A DNA stretch of 64,000 nucleotides from an uncultured Actinomycetes bacterium. Lineage in GTDB: Bacteria; Actinomycetota; Thermoleophilia; Gaiellales; Gaiellaceae. The notes below the pieces were generated by a model. The model had not been told where the DNA came from and did no database searches. It saw only the letters and a program-made list of their open reading frames with translations. The stretch's first letter is position 1. Every line of letters begins with the position of its first letter. The DNA is taken from the NCBI GenBank assembly GCA_963759085.1, contig CAVWXR010000011.1, positions 91,707 through 155,706 of the forward strand, read 5' to 3'. This document shows positions 62,932 through 64,000 of the stretch, in pieces. The translations under genes were made by a program, and so were the position numbers.

Positions 62932-63224
62932 GGCTTTGGAAGCAGGGGCCGTCTGAACGCTGTGACTATCCACCCTTCTCCACCTCTTTCGTAGTGTACG
63001 ACGACGTGCAGCCACGGGCGCGGCCCGCTTCCTTCGACGAAGTACCAGACGTCGCCGGGGTTTCGACCCGGCATTCGTCGGTCGGGTTCTCGTACAGCGG
63101 CGACGATTTCGCGGAGAGATCGGCGCAAGTCCGGGTGGCGAGCCTTGATGTGACTCCAGCCATACTCGTCCAACACGACACGACGGCCATCCGGATCGAG
63201 GGTCACGGAGACCGGGTCGGGCAC
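62928..63224 (-). CDS. small putative toxin (RelE/BECR-like fold guess), partner of DUF2283
   Basis: 98 aa, VVLDEYGWSHIKARHPDL...WLHVVVHYERGGEGWIVTAFRR. The family assignment is tentative. The operon structure with DUF2283 is the main argument. Confidence 0.55.
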   Translation of the reverse strand: MPDPVSVTLDPDGRRVVLDEYGWSHIKARHPDLRRSLREIVAAVREPDRRMPGRNPGDVWYFVEGSGPRPWLHVVVHYERGGEGWIVTAFRRPLLPKP

Positions 63225-63256
63225 CGTGGCAGCATCAACGCTCCATTCGTGCGACG

Positions 63257-63280
63257 CAATCCGCTCTTTCGGACGCGTCC
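63257..63280. repeat. 24-nt box CAATCCGCTCTTTCGGACGCGTCC abutting the res ATG (repeat-family member)
   Basis: Matches 57388-57411 at 22/24. Contains the perfect 10-bp palindrome GGACGCGTCC. Confidence 0.8.
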
Positions 63281-64000
63281 ATGAGCTCGTTTGAAGTCGA
63301 GAATCCGATCCTCAGCTCGCCCTACGTCGAGCCGGCCGAGCACTGGCGGATCCATGAAGGCGAGACGGCACGGCGCGAGGAGGGGCGGCGCCGAGCGGGC
63401 TACTACTTCCGCGATCCGCGCGATCTCGACGAGACGGGGCTCGCGATCGGCAAGTGGCAAGAGCTCGAGCTCGTCAACCTGGTGCGCCAGCGCGTCGCTG
63501 CCTGGCGCGAAGCGGGGTATCCCGGCGCAAGCCGGACCACCCTCGACCTCCTGAAGCACTGGCGGCGCGAGGGCCGCTTCCGGCGGCTCTTCTTCGCCCA
63601 ACTCGAGGCCGCAGAGTCGATCATCTTTCTCGTCGAGGGGCGGTCTGATCTTCTCCAGGGCGTTGACGTTCCGCTCGAGAAGGTTCCCGATGACGTCGAT
63701 GCTTTTCGCCGCTACGCCTGCAAGATGGCGACCGGCGCGGGCAAGACGACGGTGATGGGGATGATCTGCGCCTGGAGCATCCTGAACAAGGTCACGTCCC
63801 GCGGCGACGCGCGCTTCTCCGACACCGTCCTCGTCGTCTGTCCGAACCTGACGATCCGCGGCCGTCTCACGGAGCTCGATCCGAACCGCGGCGAGGCGTC
63901 GGTCTACCGCACGCTCGACCTCGTCCCCGACGACCTGATGCCACAGCTTCGGCGTGGGCGCGTGCTCGTGAAGAACTGGCACGAGTTCGAGCGCAAGGGG
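63281..64000 (+). CDS. Type III restriction enzyme Res subunit (helicase-nuclease), 5' part only; continues beyond the window
   Basis: Read by hand; not in the track because no stop is reached. MSSFEVENPILSSPYVEPAEHWRIHEGE...RYACKMATGAGKTTVMG (helicase motif I)...VVCPNLTIRGRL. Confidence 0.85.
   Translation, partial: MSSFEVENPILSSPYVEPAEHWRIHEGETARREEGRRRAGYYFRDPRDLDETGLAIGKWQELELVNLVRQRVAAWREAGYPGASRTTLDLLKHWRREGRFRRLFFAQLEAAESIIFLVEGRSDLLQGVDVPLEKVPDDVDAFRRYACKMATGAGKTTVMGMICAWSILNKVTSRGDARFSDTVLVVCPNLTIRGRLTELDPNRGEASVYRTLDLVPDDLMPQLRRGRVLVKNWHEFERKG

Overview
This is a 64-kb, very GC-rich (about 70 percent by eye) bacterial chromosomal segment. Gene content, frequent GTG/TTG starts, 4-nt GTGA/ATGA gene overlaps and the protein families point to Actinomycetota. 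My guess is a Thermoleophilia/Rubrobacteria-like lineage, but I cannot verify that without a search. I count about 75 protein genes and see no rRNA, tRNA or CRISPR array. Backbone genes: alpha/beta hydrolase and phosphodiester glycosidase genes, a PRTase-DLH fusion plus erythromycin-esterase-like pair, fhs and tdh-kbl. A siroheme/sulfate-assimilation operon follows (sulfite reductase, cysH, orf, precorrin-2 dehydrogenase, cobA), then serA, a secreted beta-propeller protein, amt, usp plus an ANTAR response regulator, and padR-MFS. Further along: thrS-infC-rpmI-rplT plus a trmH-like gene, MOSC, pheST, an amidase, and 2-oxoacid dehydrogenase E1a/E1b/E2 with a displaced lpdA. The backbone ends with arsR-SRPBCC, pepT, a LolA-like protein plus ABC-2 transporter, a dsbA-like gene and an aldo/keto reductase. 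Accessory content falls in three places. (i) A 4.6-kb islet between kbl and cobA holds an orphan secreted protein, a degraded second copy of the kbl 3' end carrying an 87-bp perfect repeat, a fragmented ~490-codon unknown gene, mazEF, hicB with hicA debris, and an HNH/Type IV-like nuclease. (ii) An IS5-family element sits exactly on the E2 stop codon, next to a REP-associated tyrosine transposase (RAYT) with 37-bp inverted flanks. (iii) The right end is TA-rich: vapBC, a MerR-HTH/DUF433 plus PIN-like pair, a Type III-like mod, an opposite-strand DUF2283/small-toxin pair, and res, which runs off the window. Three signals are the most unusual. First, a dispersed short-repeat family (CGGACGYGTCC and GGTGTCWGACACC modules) occurs upstream of thrS, vapB and res, and as a perfect 35-bp palindrome read through in frame inside pheT. 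Second, an unrelated AT-rich perfect 35-bp palindrome lies in frame inside the trmH-like gene. Third, there is a 167-bp element with 19-bp terminal inverted repeats. Caveat: I count roughly 15 single-base frame breaks, and the ones I could resolve sit at short homopolymers, including one in the essential thrS. Assembly indels are the most economical explanation, so the pseudogene calls here are provisional.
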